Translations under genes and position numbers: made by a program
The notes under the pieces: generated by a model
Told to the model about the DNA's origin: nothing
The model's input: only the letters and a program-made list of their open reading frames with translations
The model's database searches: none
In this document: positions 1 through 8,998 of the stretch, piece after piece
Position numbering within the stretch: the first letter of the stretch is position 1
Layout of the letters: each line of letters opens with the position of its first letter
Assembly: GCA_050947035.1 (NCBI GenBank)
Contig: JBMNVW010000003.1
Location: 25,992 to 89,991 of the forward strand
DNA: 64,000 nucleotides
Direction of reading: 5' to 3'
Source: Patescibacteria group bacterium
GTDB taxonomy: Bacteria; Patescibacteriota; Microgenomatia; 0-14-0-10-38-17

Positions 1-169
1 TCGACTCTAAAAAGGTGGCCTCAATTTCTTCTTGAATATTGATTAAGTTTTCTCTGGCTTCTTCCTCTTCAAGTAAAAACTTGATTTTTTCCCAAGAATC
101 AGGGTTATTTTTTTCCAAGAAAAAAGATCGAGAAGGCAAGTTTTTTGTTTTTTTCTTTGGCTGAGTCAT
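1..169 (-). CDS. hypothetical protein, partial (N-terminus MTQPKKKTKNLPSRSFFLEKNNPDSWEK...), runs off the window start
   Basis: ATG at 169-167 on the minus strand is the first start after an in-frame stop and is preceded by AGGAA; the frame stays open to position 1. Truncated, so absent from the ORF track. Confidence 0.3.
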   Translation of the reverse strand, partial: MTQPKKKTKNLPSRSFFLEKNNPDSWEKIKFLLEEEEARENLINIQEEIEATFLES

Positions 170-251
170 TTCCTACCAAGGATTGTATCAATTTTATAAT
201 TTTCAAGCAAGAAAAAAAGTTGTGGGGTGATGATTTTTTGTTTCGGGCTTT

Positions 252-328
252 TGGTCGGGGATGCCGGACTCGAACCGGCGGCCTCACGCACCCCATGCGC
301 GCGCGCTAGCCATCTGCGCCAATCCCCG
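252..328 (-). tRNA. tRNA-Pro (anticodon GGG), CCA encoded
   Basis: Reverse complement folds as acceptor CGGGGAT/ATCCCCG, D-arm GCGC-AGATGGCTA-GCGC, anticodon stem CGCGC/GCGTG with loop AUGGGGU (U33, GGG, G37), T-arm GCCGG-TTCGAGT-CCGGC and ACCA tail. Close to the E. coli tRNA-Pro pattern CGGnGATTGGCGCAG. Confidence 0.85.
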
Positions 329-577
329 ATAATATTAACTTGCCAGACTCAATATCTTTATTAATCAAATCATGGCTTTTTTTATATTTTTTCTCAAATT
401 TAGCCGCTTCCTTGATTGTTTTAAACTTTCTATAGGCATATAGGACCGGGGGTCTTCGATATTTGGTTGAGAAAACCCGTCCATTATTGTGTTGTTTTAA
501 TCTCTTGCCAAGATTAATGGTTGAACCAATATATTTTTTGCTATCTTTCAGATTTTTAATATATAAGTATAGGACAT
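306..577 (-). CDS. GIY-YIG nuclease family protein (small COG2827/YhbQ-like type). Apparent 1-nt frameshift in an A5 run near the N-terminus, and the 3' end overlaps tRNA-Pro
   Basis: Frame A reads ATG(577) MSYTYILKI then stop. The +1 frame continues ...NLKDSKKYIGSTINLGKRLKQHNNGRVFSTKYRRPPVLYAYRKFKTIKEAAKFEKKYKKSHDLINKDI... to TAG at 306-308, which lies inside the tRNA D-loop. Motifs Y-YILK, YIGST-NL-RL--HN-G, RRP, E-F---EA and KK-S match GIY-YIG. No canonical in-frame start exists for the long frame, so it is not in the ORF track. Confidence 0.6.
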
Positions 578-590
578 ATTAAAAATTTCA

Positions 591-700
591 CACTCGCGCA
601 CCCCGTCGGGCAGAGCCGTCAGCTGAAAAGCCTTTAGCTGGTAGCCTTCTGGGCGGCGCCCATGCGCGCGCTAAGCTAAATAATTGCGCCACATCCCGTT
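591..700 (-). other. degenerate tRNA-Pro-like 5' half (pseudo-tRNA fragment) with a ~52-nt insertion at the anticodon-loop position; no T-arm or 3' acceptor
   Basis: Minus-strand GGGATGTGGCGCA..GCGCGCGCATGGG[52-nt insert]GGGGTGCGCGAGTG is collinear with tRNA-Pro CGGGGATTGGCGCA..GCGCGCGCGCATGGGGTGCGTGAGG. The GCGCGCGCATGGG and GGGGTGCG blocks are shared. Confidence 0.45.
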
Positions 701-759
701 TACTTTTTTTAGAGCAAGTTGTATTTTAGCAAAACTTATGTCACAATAAAAGACAAGAT

Positions 760-1779
760 ATGAGCAAGTCTAAAGGAAAAAAAGGGAAAAAATCCTCTTC
801 TTCTCCCCGATTGGAGGCGGTAAAATTGGCGATGGAGCAAATACAGAAGCAATATGGTCAGGGTTCGATTATGAAAATGGGGAAAAATGATGTTGTCAAA
901 GATGTTCCGGCTATTCCTACTGGCTGTTTATCTTTGGACCGGGCTTTGGGAATAGGGGGGATTCCTAAAGGACGAGTTACCGAAATTTATGGTCCTGAAG
1001 CCTCAGGCAAAACCACGCTTTGTTTGCATATTATTGCCGAAGCCCAAAAGCAGGGTGGAGTGGCGGCTTTTGTTGATGTTGAGCATGCTCTCGACCCAGC
1101 CAGAGCCAAAGAAATTGGCGTTGACATAGACGAATTATTAATTTCTCAACCAGATACGGGCGAACAAGCCTTGGAAATTGTTGAAACACTGGTTCGTTCT
1201 GGGGGAATAGATGTGGTGGTTTTAGATTCAGTGGCCGCTTTGGTCCCTCGGGCCGAAATTGAGGGCGAAATGGGCGATGCCCAAGTTGGTGTTCAAGCTC
1301 GATTGATGAGCCAGGCTTTGAGAAAGTTAACGGGGGCAATTTCTAAATCTCACACGGCAGTAATTTTTACCAATCAAATTCGACACAAAATTGGGGTCAT
1401 GTTTGGCAATCCGGAAACTACTTCCGGAGGTTTGGCGTTAAAGTTTTATTCTTCGGTTAGGATTGATATTAGAAAAATCGGCACGATTAAGGAAAAAGAT
1501 GAAATAATCGGCTCTCATCATCGAGCTAGGATTAAAAAAAATAAGGTTGCTCCACCATTTAAAGAAGCAGAGTTTGACATTATGAATAAAGGGGGAATTT
1601 CTTTGGCCGGTGATATTTTAGATTTAGCGGTTGACTTAGATTTGATAGAAAAGTCGGGCGCTTTTTATAAGCAAGACGGTGAAGTTTTGGCTCAAGGGAG
1701 AGAAGCAACCAAAAAATATTTAGAAGATAATCCTAAAGTGGCCAAAAAAATTGTTTCGGCGATCAAGAAAGCTTCTTAA
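760..1779 (+). CDS. recA: recombinase RecA
   Basis: Full-length RecA with Walker [10 protein letters not shown] and the conserved L2 region; 339 aa. Confidence 0.97.
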   Translation: MSKSKGKKGKKSSSSPRLEAVKLAMEQIQKQYGQGSIMKMGKNDVVKDVPAIPTGCLSLDRALGIGGIPKGRVTEIYGPEASGKTTLCLHIIAEAQKQGGVAAFVDVEHALDPARAKEIGVDIDELLISQPDTGEQALEIVETLVRSGGIDVVVLDSVAALVPRAEIEGEMGDAQVGVQARLMSQALRKLTGAISKSHTAVIFTNQIRHKIGVMFGNPETTSGGLALKFYSSVRIDIRKIGTIKEKDEIIGSHHRARIKKNKVAPPFKEAEFDIMNKGGISLAGDILDLAVDLDLIEKSGAFYKQDGEVLAQGREATKKYLEDNPKVAKKIVSAIKKAS

Positions 1780-1791
1780 AAAAAGATTAAA

Positions 1792-2412
1792 GTGCCCCAA
1801 GTTACTGCTATAAAAACTCAAAAAAAGGACCCTAGTCGGGTTAGCCTTTATCTTGATGGTAAATTTGCTTTTGGTTTAGGCCGGGACCTATCAACTAAAG
1901 CGGGTTTAGTAGTGGGAAAAAAATTGTCCGAGGAGACCATCGAGAACCTCAAGGGGCAATCTGAAGAAGAAAAGTTTCTTAATTTGACCTATCGCTATCT
2001 TTCTTATCGGCCCCGATCAGAAAAAGAGGTAGTTAATCATTTAACCAAGAAAAAAGTTAATAAAAAAACTATTGCCAAAATTATTAGTCGATTAAAAAAG
2101 CAAGATTATTTAGATGATGAAGAATTTGCCCTTTGGTGGATCGATCAACGTCAACGTTTTCGTCCCAGAAGCCGGTATTTTTTAAAAAGCGAATTAATAA
2201 AAAAGGGCGTTGAAAGAAAAATAATTGATCAAGCTTTGACAAAAGTAGATGAGGAGGCTCTGGTGGATAAGATAATTCTTAAAAGAAAGTCACGATTAAA
2301 GAATCTTGAGCCGTTTCAAGCCAGAAAAAAATTAATTGGCTATTTACAGCGACGAGGCTTTTCTTGGGAGATAATTAAAAAGGGCTTGGGAAAAGCCAAA
2401 ATTTTTGACTAA
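1792..2412 (+). CDS. recX: recombination regulator RecX
   Basis: GTG start 13 nt after the recA stop. Basic helical-repeat protein of RecX size in the canonical position after recA. Confidence 0.75.
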   Translation: MPQVTAIKTQKKDPSRVSLYLDGKFAFGLGRDLSTKAGLVVGKKLSEETIENLKGQSEEEKFLNLTYRYLSYRPRSEKEVVNHLTKKKVNKKTIAKIISRLKKQDYLDDEEFALWWIDQRQRFRPRSRYFLKSELIKKGVERKIIDQALTKVDEEALVDKIILKRKSRLKNLEPFQARKKLIGYLQRRGFSWEIIKKGLGKAKIFD

Positions 2413-2576
2413 AAAAGCCCAAGGGGTTACAATAAGGTTTAGCAAAAGCGTTTTATGAAAACAAGAAAGAAAGACAGCCATCCTCTTAGGTGATAAGCTT
2501 TTTCTTGATTTTTTTAACTCTTCTTGTTTTTCTTTGATGTTTTTTGCTTTCTTAAAATAGATTATTATTATCCTTT

Positions 2577-3752
2577 ATGACTAAAAAAGATCCAAAAAAA
2601 TTAACAGAAAAAGTTAACCAACTAGAAAAAGAGAACAAGGCCCTTAAAGAAAAGCTTCTTTTAGAATTAGACCAAGAGCTAAAAGCCAAGGTTGCTAAAA
2701 AAATCGCTAAGGCCGAAGAAGAGATTAAGTTAACTTCCGAGGAGAAAGCTAAGCAAATTTTGGTTGAGGCGATGAAACACGGGGCAACTGATATTACCGC
2801 TGAATATACCGCTTCTTCAGTTAAGCTTCCTTCAGAAGATATTAAAGGGAAAATTATTGGCCGAGAAGGGCGAAATATTCGTGTTTTTGAACGGGTAACC
2901 GGAGTAGATCTAGACCTAGACGAAGAGGGAGAAATTCGCCTTTCTTCTTTTGATTCTCAAAGAAGAGAAGTAGCCAAAAGAGCCTTAAAAAAGCTAATTC
3001 GTGATGGGCGAATTCAACCTAATCGAATTGAAGAAGTAGTTGATCAGGTTAAAAAAGAGGTCGATAAAATTATTTTGGAAGAAGGCAATAAGCTCTGCCA
3101 AGCGGTGGGGGTTTATGATTTACCCTTAGAGTTAGTGAAGATGATTGGTAAGTTTAAGTTTCGCTTTTCTTACGGCCAAAACCTCCTGGTTCATACTTTA
3201 GAAGAAACTAAAATCGGCATGGAAATTGCCCGTCAATTAAAGGCGGATGTTGAAGTTGTTCGTTTGGGCTGTTTGCTTCACGATATTGGCAAAATAGCCA
3301 GTGACCGCAAAGGTTCTCATGTTGATTTGGGAGTGGAGATTGCCAGAAAACACGATATGCCAAAAAAGGTAATTGCCGCCATTGCCGAGCACCATGAGGA
3401 TAAACCCTTTTCCTCAATTGAATCGGCAATTATTTGGATTGCTGATGCTATTTCCGGCTCTCGACCGGCGGCTCGTTACGAACCCCATGAAGACTATGTT
3501 GAGCGTATGAGCAAGATTGAAGAAGTGGCCAAGTCGTTTTCTGGAGTAGTTGACGTGGCCGCTTATCAAGCAGGAAGAGAGGTTCGAGTGGTGGTTGAGC
3601 CGGATGAAATATCAGATGATGAAGTAACAATTTTAGCTCATGAGATTGCGGAGAAGCTAGAAGAAATGGCTCGTTGGGCCGGTCGAATTAGGGTAACCGT
3701 AATTAGAGAAATTAGGGCCCAAGAAACTGCCCCCTTAACAGAAGAAGACTAA
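2577..3752 (+). CDS. rny: ribonuclease Y (KH + HD domains; short form without a long N-terminal region)
   Basis: KGKIIGREGRNIRVFERVTGVDL (KH GxxG) and LLHDIGK..GSHVDLGVEIARKH..HH (HD) align closely with B. subtilis Rny. The C-terminus AGREVRVVVEP..VTVIRE is conserved. Confidence 0.9.
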   Translation: MTKKDPKKLTEKVNQLEKENKALKEKLLLELDQELKAKVAKKIAKAEEEIKLTSEEKAKQILVEAMKHGATDITAEYTASSVKLPSEDIKGKIIGREGRNIRVFERVTGVDLDLDEEGEIRLSSFDSQRREVAKRALKKLIRDGRIQPNRIEEVVDQVKKEVDKIILEEGNKLCQAVGVYDLPLELVKMIGKFKFRFSYGQNLLVHTLEETKIGMEIARQLKADVEVVRLGCLLHDIGKIASDRKGSHVDLGVEIARKHDMPKKVIAAIAEHHEDKPFSSIESAIIWIADAISGSRPAARYEPHEDYVERMSKIEEVAKSFSGVVDVAAYQAGREVRVVVEPDEISDDEVTILAHEIAEKLEEMARWAGRIRVTVIREIRAQETAPLTEED

Positions 3753-3869
3753 TCTTGACAGCTCGGCCTTAATCGGCTATTCTGTTTCTTGCTTGCCAAA
3801 AAAAACGATAATAATAACCCTTAATTTTAAGTAATATTTTAAATCCATTAAAGGGAGGTGGAAAAGAGA

Positions 3870-4145
3870 ATGATTAAAAGTCAAATTGTTGAAGAAGTCG
3901 CCAAAAAAGCCGACACTACTAAGAAAAATGCTCGAGAAGTGGTTGATATTTTTTTGGATGAAATTCAAAAAGCTTTAGCTCGAGGAGAGTCTAAAGTGGT
4001 AATTTCCGGGTTTGGCACTTTCCGAACCACCATGGTTAAGGAAAAAACAGTCACTGTTCCGGGAACTAACGAGACTGTTAAGGTTAAGGCTCATCGAGCC
4101 GCCCGCTTCAGTCCCGGAAAAGCTTTAAAAAGAGCGGTCAAATAA
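3870..4145 (+). CDS. hup: DNA-binding protein HU
   Basis: MIKSQIVEEVAKKADTTKKNAREVVD...GFGTF..R.AR.GRNP HU fold. The ATG at 3870 with GGGAGGTG 9 nt upstream is preferred over the track GTG at 3858. Confidence 0.85.
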   Translation: MIKSQIVEEVAKKADTTKKNAREVVDIFLDEIQKALARGESKVVISGFGTFRTTMVKEKTVTVPGTNETVKVKAHRAARFSPGKALKRAVK

Positions 4146-4170
4146 GGCCGTTTTTTTAAAGAAATAAAAA

Positions 4171-4196
4171 GCGCTCATTTTTTAGAGCGCTTTTTT
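4171..4196. terminator. bidirectional rho-independent terminator between hup (+) and tatD (-)
   Basis: GCGCTC-attttta-GAGCGC perfect 6-bp stem flanked by an A-run upstream and a T-run downstream. Confidence 0.6.
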
Positions 4197-4217
4197 ATTT
4201 TTGATCACCTTGGGGTA

Positions 4218-5045
4218 TTACACTTTTAAGGTGGAAACTGGAAGGTGTAAGGGGGAGAAAATTTGTTTGGCGTTGGTGGTGGTTTGTTTGGCTATTGTTC
4301 TTAGGGGAAGATTTTTTATTTTAGCCGCAAATTCGGCAATATATTTTAAATTCCTGGGTTCATTGGGAAAGGGTTTTTCTTTTTTGATTGGCTCTGGTGT
4401 TAGATAAGGGCTATCGGTTTCTAAAACCAGCATTTCCAGGGGAACAGTTTTGATAAAGCGAGCCTTTTTGTTCCAATAGGTGATATCACCGTCGACACCA
4501 ATAAAAATTTGGTGTTTTTGGGCAAAAGTTAACAGTTCTTCATCGGGTTCGCAACAATGAAAAACAGCCCGGCCCTCAAAGCCTTTGTGCCAATGTTTTT
4601 TTATTATTGCCAGCATATCTTCTTTGGCCTCACGGTTATGAAAGATGATTGGTTTTTGATATTTTTGGGCGAGTTTTATTTGTTTGATAAATAGGGCCTG
4701 TTGGTTTTTTTTAAATTGGCCATTAATTTGATAATTTTCGTATTTTGTGTTTTGGTATTGGTGGTAGTCAAGGCCGATTTCGCCTACGGCGGTTGTTTTT
4801 GTTTTTTTTATTAAATCTTCTAATTTTTCGAGGTCAATTTTACTTTGAGCGTGGTGAGGATGAATGCCGATAGCAGCAAAAACATTTTTATATTTTTTGG
4901 CTAATTGAAGAGCTTTTTGGGAAGTGGTCATATTTGATCCAGGAACCAAGAAATAATTAATTCCGGCCTTGGAGGCTCGATTAATAATTTCTCTTTCTTG
5001 GTTTTTGAAAACAGCAAAATTAAGGTGGCAATGAGTGTCGAACAT
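4218..5045 (-). CDS. tatD: TatD-family metal-dependent DNase/hydrolase
   Basis: N-terminal MFDTHCHL, internal HxH and D motifs typical of TatD/YcfH; 275 aa. Confidence 0.88.
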   Translation of the reverse strand: MFDTHCHLNFAVFKNQEREIINRASKAGINYFLVPGSNMTTSQKALQLAKKYKNVFAAIGIHPHHAQSKIDLEKLEDLIKKTKTTAVGEIGLDYHQYQNTKYENYQINGQFKKNQQALFIKQIKLAQKYQKPIIFHNREAKEDMLAIIKKHWHKGFEGRAVFHCCEPDEELLTFAQKHQIFIGVDGDITYWNKKARFIKTVPLEMLVLETDSPYLTPEPIKKEKPFPNEPRNLKYIAEFAAKIKNLPLRTIAKQTTTNAKQIFSPLHLPVSTLKV

Positions 5046-5138
5046 AAATTAATTATAACTGATTTACCAGGAGAAGAATTTTTACCAAAAGAAGCTCTTA
5101 CTTTTCAAAGTTTAATTTGCTAAACTGTTTGACAACTT

Positions 5139-6074
5139 ATGAAAAAGCCCAGTTGGGAAAAGCTGAAGAAGTATGATTGGTTTTTTTGTGCTATAGTTAT
5201 TGCCTTAGTAGTTTTGTTTTACAGCCTTCTCATTGGCTATGCGAAATATTCGTTTGAAAAAAAGCTTTCTGAGGCGACCGCTCTTCATCTAAATAGGATT
5301 GTTGCCCTAAGTCAGGTAGAACAAGAAAAACTTTTTAGTAAAGCGCATTTACTACTTGATTCTTTTGCTAAAGAAGATGAGGCGATTTTTTCTTCTCCCA
5401 AACAGTGTCAGGAGGTGGCCAAAAAGATTGTTCATTTTTCCCCGGATTTCTACACTTTGGGTGCTGCCTCGTTAGAGGGAAAAGTGATTTGTGATGCTCT
5501 TTCTTTTGAGGGCGAGATTGATGTTTCTGACCGGAGCTATATTCAGGAAGCAATAGAGAGCAAGGAATTTTCGATCGGCCAATATCAGATTGGTAAAGTT
5601 TCCCATAAGCCCTCCCTTAATTTTGGTTATCCGGTTTTGGATCAGCAAGGCCAGGTTAAGCGGGTTCTGGTTGCCTCTTTAAGCCTTGAGTGGCTGGACC
5701 CTTTTATTAAAGAATTAGATTTGCCAGTCGGCGCTGATGTTTTTGTTTTTGATCGTAAAGGGCGAATTTTATATCATTATTCTGATACAGGCCTAATTGG
5801 CGAATTTGGTTTAGAAACTTCTCTGTTTGCGGCTATTTTAGCTGAGCCCGACGGAACAGCCATGATTACTACCGATGACGGTATTGAAAAGATTTTTGCC
5901 TTTACTCCCATTAAGGGAGAGCAAATGTCTGACACTATCATTGCTCTTGGTGTTCCCAAAGAGGCAGTTTTTTCTAAGTATGGAGTATCTTGGCAGATGG
6001 TTTGGTTGGTTCATGTCGGTATTGCTCTATTTTTGCTAGGGGCCGTTTTTTACTCTCATTATCGTCACCAATAA
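5139..6074 (+). CDS. membrane protein with an extracytoplasmic sensor-like (Cache-like) domain between two TM helices; no output domain
   Basis: N-terminal TM (FFCAIVIALVVLFYSLLIGY), ~240-aa periplasmic region, C-terminal TM (MVWLVHVGIALFLLGAVFY). The domain call is by architecture only. Confidence 0.35.
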   Translation: MKKPSWEKLKKYDWFFCAIVIALVVLFYSLLIGYAKYSFEKKLSEATALHLNRIVALSQVEQEKLFSKAHLLLDSFAKEDEAIFSSPKQCQEVAKKIVHFSPDFYTLGAASLEGKVICDALSFEGEIDVSDRSYIQEAIESKEFSIGQYQIGKVSHKPSLNFGYPVLDQQGQVKRVLVASLSLEWLDPFIKELDLPVGADVFVFDRKGRILYHYSDTGLIGEFGLETSLFAAILAEPDGTAMITTDDGIEKIFAFTPIKGEQMSDTIIALGVPKEAVFSKYGVSWQMVWLVHVGIALFLLGAVFYSHYRHQ

Positions 6075-6129
6075 ACTTTCTTTAAAAGATAAAGCTTCTT
6101 GAAAAAACAGGGAGTGATAAAATAGGTTA

Positions 6130-7203
6130 ATGGCGCTTAAAGTCGGAATAGTGGGCTTGCCCAATGCTGGCAAATCAACTTTATTTAATGCCCTTTTGGG
6201 GCGACAGGTGGCTCGAGCCGAAAATTATCCTTTTTGTACTATTGAGCCCAATGTTGGTGTGGTAGAAGTCCCAGACAACAAATTACCTCTTTTGGCTAAA
6301 ATTGAAAAAAGTCAAAACATTGTCCCGGCAGTGGTGGAGTTTGTTGATATTGCCGGTTTAGTTAAAGGAGCGGCAAGGGGTGAGGGCTTAGGTAACAAAT
6401 TTTTGGCCCACGTTAGAGAAGTTGATCTGATTTGTTATGTTTTACGTGCTTTTGATGATGATAATGTTGATCGAGCTGGTTCGGTTAGTCCTCGGGAAGA
6501 CTTGGCGGTTTTAAGAACGGAAATGGCCTTAAAAGATTTGGAGACTTTAGAAAAAATTTTAACTAAGAATCCCAAGGATGAGGAAGAGGCGCTGCGTTTT
6601 CGAACAGCCCAAAAGGCAAAAGAGTTTCTAGAATTTGACCAGCGTCTTATTGATAAGGATTTTACCAAGGAAGAAAAAGAGGCTTTGGCTAGCTTTTTTT
6701 TGCTAACTGGTAGGCCAGAAATTATTACTCTGAATGTTGCCGAAGAAAATTTGACAGAACTTAGCAGTTGGTTGGATGATTTTTCTGATCTTAACCCGAT
6801 TATTATTTGTGCTAGGCTTGAAGAAGAGCTTTTTTCTCTTACCCCAAAAGAACAAAGAGAATATTTGGACAACTTAAAGATCAAACAGTCGGGACTAGAA
6901 AGGCTGATAAAGCAAGCATATAAAAAACTAGGGTTAGTTAGTTTTTATACTGCCGGTGAAAAAGAGGCTCGGGCTTGGACAGTTGAAAAAGGGACATCTG
7001 CTTCTCGAGCGGCTGGAGTAATTCATACTGATTTTGAAAAGAACTTTATCAAAGCAGAAGTGGTTGGTTTTGATGATTTTGTTCAATTTGGCGGTTGGAC
7101 CAAGTGTCGTTCTTTAGGGAAAACCAGGTTTGAAGGCCAAGACTATCAATTTGTAGGCGATGAAGTGGTAGAGTTTAAGGTGGGGAAGTCGGAAAAAAGC
7201 TAA
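6130..7203 (+). CDS. ychF: ribosome-binding ATPase YchF (Obg-like GTPase family)
   Basis: [22 protein letters not shown]...[11 protein letters not shown]...; C-terminal TGS domain. Confidence 0.95.
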   Translation: MALKVGIVGLPNAGKSTLFNALLGRQVARAENYPFCTIEPNVGVVEVPDNKLPLLAKIEKSQNIVPAVVEFVDIAGLVKGAARGEGLGNKFLAHVREVDLICYVLRAFDDDNVDRAGSVSPREDLAVLRTEMALKDLETLEKILTKNPKDEEEALRFRTAQKAKEFLEFDQRLIDKDFTKEEKEALASFFLLTGRPEIITLNVAEENLTELSSWLDDFSDLNPIIICARLEEELFSLTPKEQREYLDNLKIKQSGLERLIKQAYKKLGLVSFYTAGEKEARAWTVEKGTSASRAAGVIHTDFEKNFIKAEVVGFDDFVQFGGWTKCRSLGKTRFEGQDYQFVGDEVVEFKVGKSEKS

Positions 7204-7211
7204 ATTCTAAA

Positions 7212-7254
7212 GGTCCGAAGCTGTTTGACCCTAAGGGTCGGATAGCTTCGGACC
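7212..7254 (+). terminator. two-tier stem-loop downstream of ychF (terminator-like, lacks a clean U-tract)
   Basis: GGTCCGAAGC...GCTTCGGACC outer stem enclosing GACCC-TAA-GGGTC. Confidence 0.4.
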
Positions 7255-7290
7255 TTCGTTAAAGAGGCTTGTGCTATACTAAAAAAAGAG

Positions 7291-7812
7291 ATGAAGAAGA
7301 TTGCAGAGGCGATTAGAAAGCGGCGTAGTATTCGAGTTTTTCAAGATAGGCCGGTTGAGCAAGAAAAGATAGAGGCAATTTTAGGGGCGGCCCAGTTTGC
7401 TCCTTCGGCCAATCATAAAAATCCTTGGCAATTTTGGGTGGTAAGAGATGAAGAAGTTTTGGAAAAGCTGGCCCAAAGCACCCCTTGGGGATCATTTATT
7501 GCTCAAGCGCCGATCGCTATTGTTGTCGGGGCCGATCAGGGCTTGTCTTCGGAATGGCTAGAAGACGCCTCAATTGCTGGGGCCCATATTTATTTGGAAA
7601 CAACTAACCAAGGCTTGGGAACTTGTTGGGTTCAGAATAGAGGGGCAAAAACTCCTCATGGCGAGGACAGCGAAAATTATGTTAAAAATTTGCTTAATAT
7701 TTCTGAGGATCTTCGTATTGTGGCTACTTTCCCGATTGGCTATCCTAATGAAGAAAAAGCTCCTCATTCTGATCAGAATTATCAAAAAGACAAAGTTCAT
7801 CTTATTGACTGA
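7291..7812 (+). CDS. nitroreductase family protein
   Basis: RRSIRVF near the N-terminus and the overall NADH nitroreductase fold pattern. TGcTATACT extended -10 upstream. Confidence 0.75.
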   Translation: MKKIAEAIRKRRSIRVFQDRPVEQEKIEAILGAAQFAPSANHKNPWQFWVVRDEEVLEKLAQSTPWGSFIAQAPIAIVVGADQGLSSEWLEDASIAGAHIYLETTNQGLGTCWVQNRGAKTPHGEDSENYVKNLLNISEDLRIVATFPIGYPNEEKAPHSDQNYQKDKVHLID

Positions 7813-7882
7813 TCTTAATTTCTCCCCTGCCCTCTTCAATGATAAAATTTAGCCAGATTTATTTTGGATAAAAATATAAACA

Positions 7883-8977
7883 ATGATTCCTAGCCAAGCC
7901 AAAACCTATTATATTAAAACCTTTGGTTGCCAAGCCAATGTGGCCGATTCGGAAAAAATTGCCGGTTTTTTGGCCCAGGCTGGTCTAAAAAAAGCCAAAA
8001 CGATTGATAAGGCTGACATTATTGTTATTAATTCTTGCGCCGTTCGTCAATCGGCTGAAGATCGGGCCATTGGTTTAGCTCATAATTTAAGCCAAAAAAA
8101 GAGCTTGGGGCTAGTTATTGTTACCGGTTGTCTTCTCTATCATAAGAAAAAATATTTGCAAGAAAAGCTAAAAGAGAAGGTCGATCTGATGGTTAAAACA
8201 AAGGACTGGCCGAAATTTATTCTGGATAACTGGTCAATTAAAGTCAAAGATCAACCATTAAGAGACACTCAAGAAATAGCCCATATTCCTATTATGGAGG
8301 GGTGTAATAATTTTTGTACTTATTGTGTTGTCCCCCATGCTCGTGGTCGGGAGCGATCAGTTTTGCCAGAAGAAGTAGTTTGCCAAGTAAGTCGAGCAAT
8401 AAAGCTTGGTTATCGGGAGGTTTTACTTTTGGGTCAAAACGTTAACAGTTATGGCAAAGATCAAACCGCTAAGTCTTGGGAGAAATTAAAAAAGGAAACC
8501 GGCTTTGATACCCCCCTGGCTGGTTTATTAGTCAAGTTAAGCCGTTTTAATAAGCTTAAGAAAATTTCTTTTTTGACTTCTAATCCACAAGATTTGGATG
8601 ATGACATTATTCAAGCGATGAGGGGAGAAAAAATTGATCGTCAGCTTCACCTACCAGTTCAATCTGGTGATGATGAGATTTTGGCAGCTATGAATAGAAA
8701 ATATACTACTGTTCAATATATTGAACTAGTGAAAAAAATTAGAAAGAAAATTCCTGAGATCAAAATAAGCACCGATATTATTGTTGGTTTCCCCGGAGAA
8801 ACTAAAAAACAATTTCAAAAAACCGTCGACCTTTGTCAAAAAATTGGCTTTAATAAAGCTTATATAAATAAATATTCTCCCCGACCCCAAACTGCTGCTT
8901 CCAAATTGGTTGATAATGTTTCTCATTCAGAAAAAAAGCGCCGCTGGCGTATTTTGGACAAGATGATTAATAATTAG
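7883..8977 (+). CDS. MiaB-family radical-SAM methylthiotransferase (MTTase N domain + radical SAM; short C-terminus)
   Basis: FGCQAN...INSCAVR N-terminal MTTase cysteines, CxxxCxxC radical-SAM motif EGCNNFCTYCVVP. Confidence 0.8.
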   Translation: MIPSQAKTYYIKTFGCQANVADSEKIAGFLAQAGLKKAKTIDKADIIVINSCAVRQSAEDRAIGLAHNLSQKKSLGLVIVTGCLLYHKKKYLQEKLKEKVDLMVKTKDWPKFILDNWSIKVKDQPLRDTQEIAHIPIMEGCNNFCTYCVVPHARGRERSVLPEEVVCQVSRAIKLGYREVLLLGQNVNSYGKDQTAKSWEKLKKETGFDTPLAGLLVKLSRFNKLKKISFLTSNPQDLDDDIIQAMRGEKIDRQLHLPVQSGDDEILAAMNRKYTTVQYIELVKKIRKKIPEIKISTDIIVGFPGETKKQFQKTVDLCQKIGFNKAYINKYSPRPQTAASKLVDNVSHSEKKRRWRILDKMINN

Positions 8978-8998
8978 TTTTTATGATAAGGTTGTCTT

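Noticed and set aside
105-296. 63-aa minus-strand ORF of the track
   Set aside because: Lies across the tRNA-Pro gene and its 3' flank. Composition and position indicate a spurious ORF.
1031-1339. Antisense ORFs embedded in recA
   Set aside because: They lie opposite a confidently assigned highly conserved gene. Many other antisense ORFs of the track (e.g. 6435-6884, 21625-21886, 45619-45918, 52056-52845) do the same. Treated as frame shadows.
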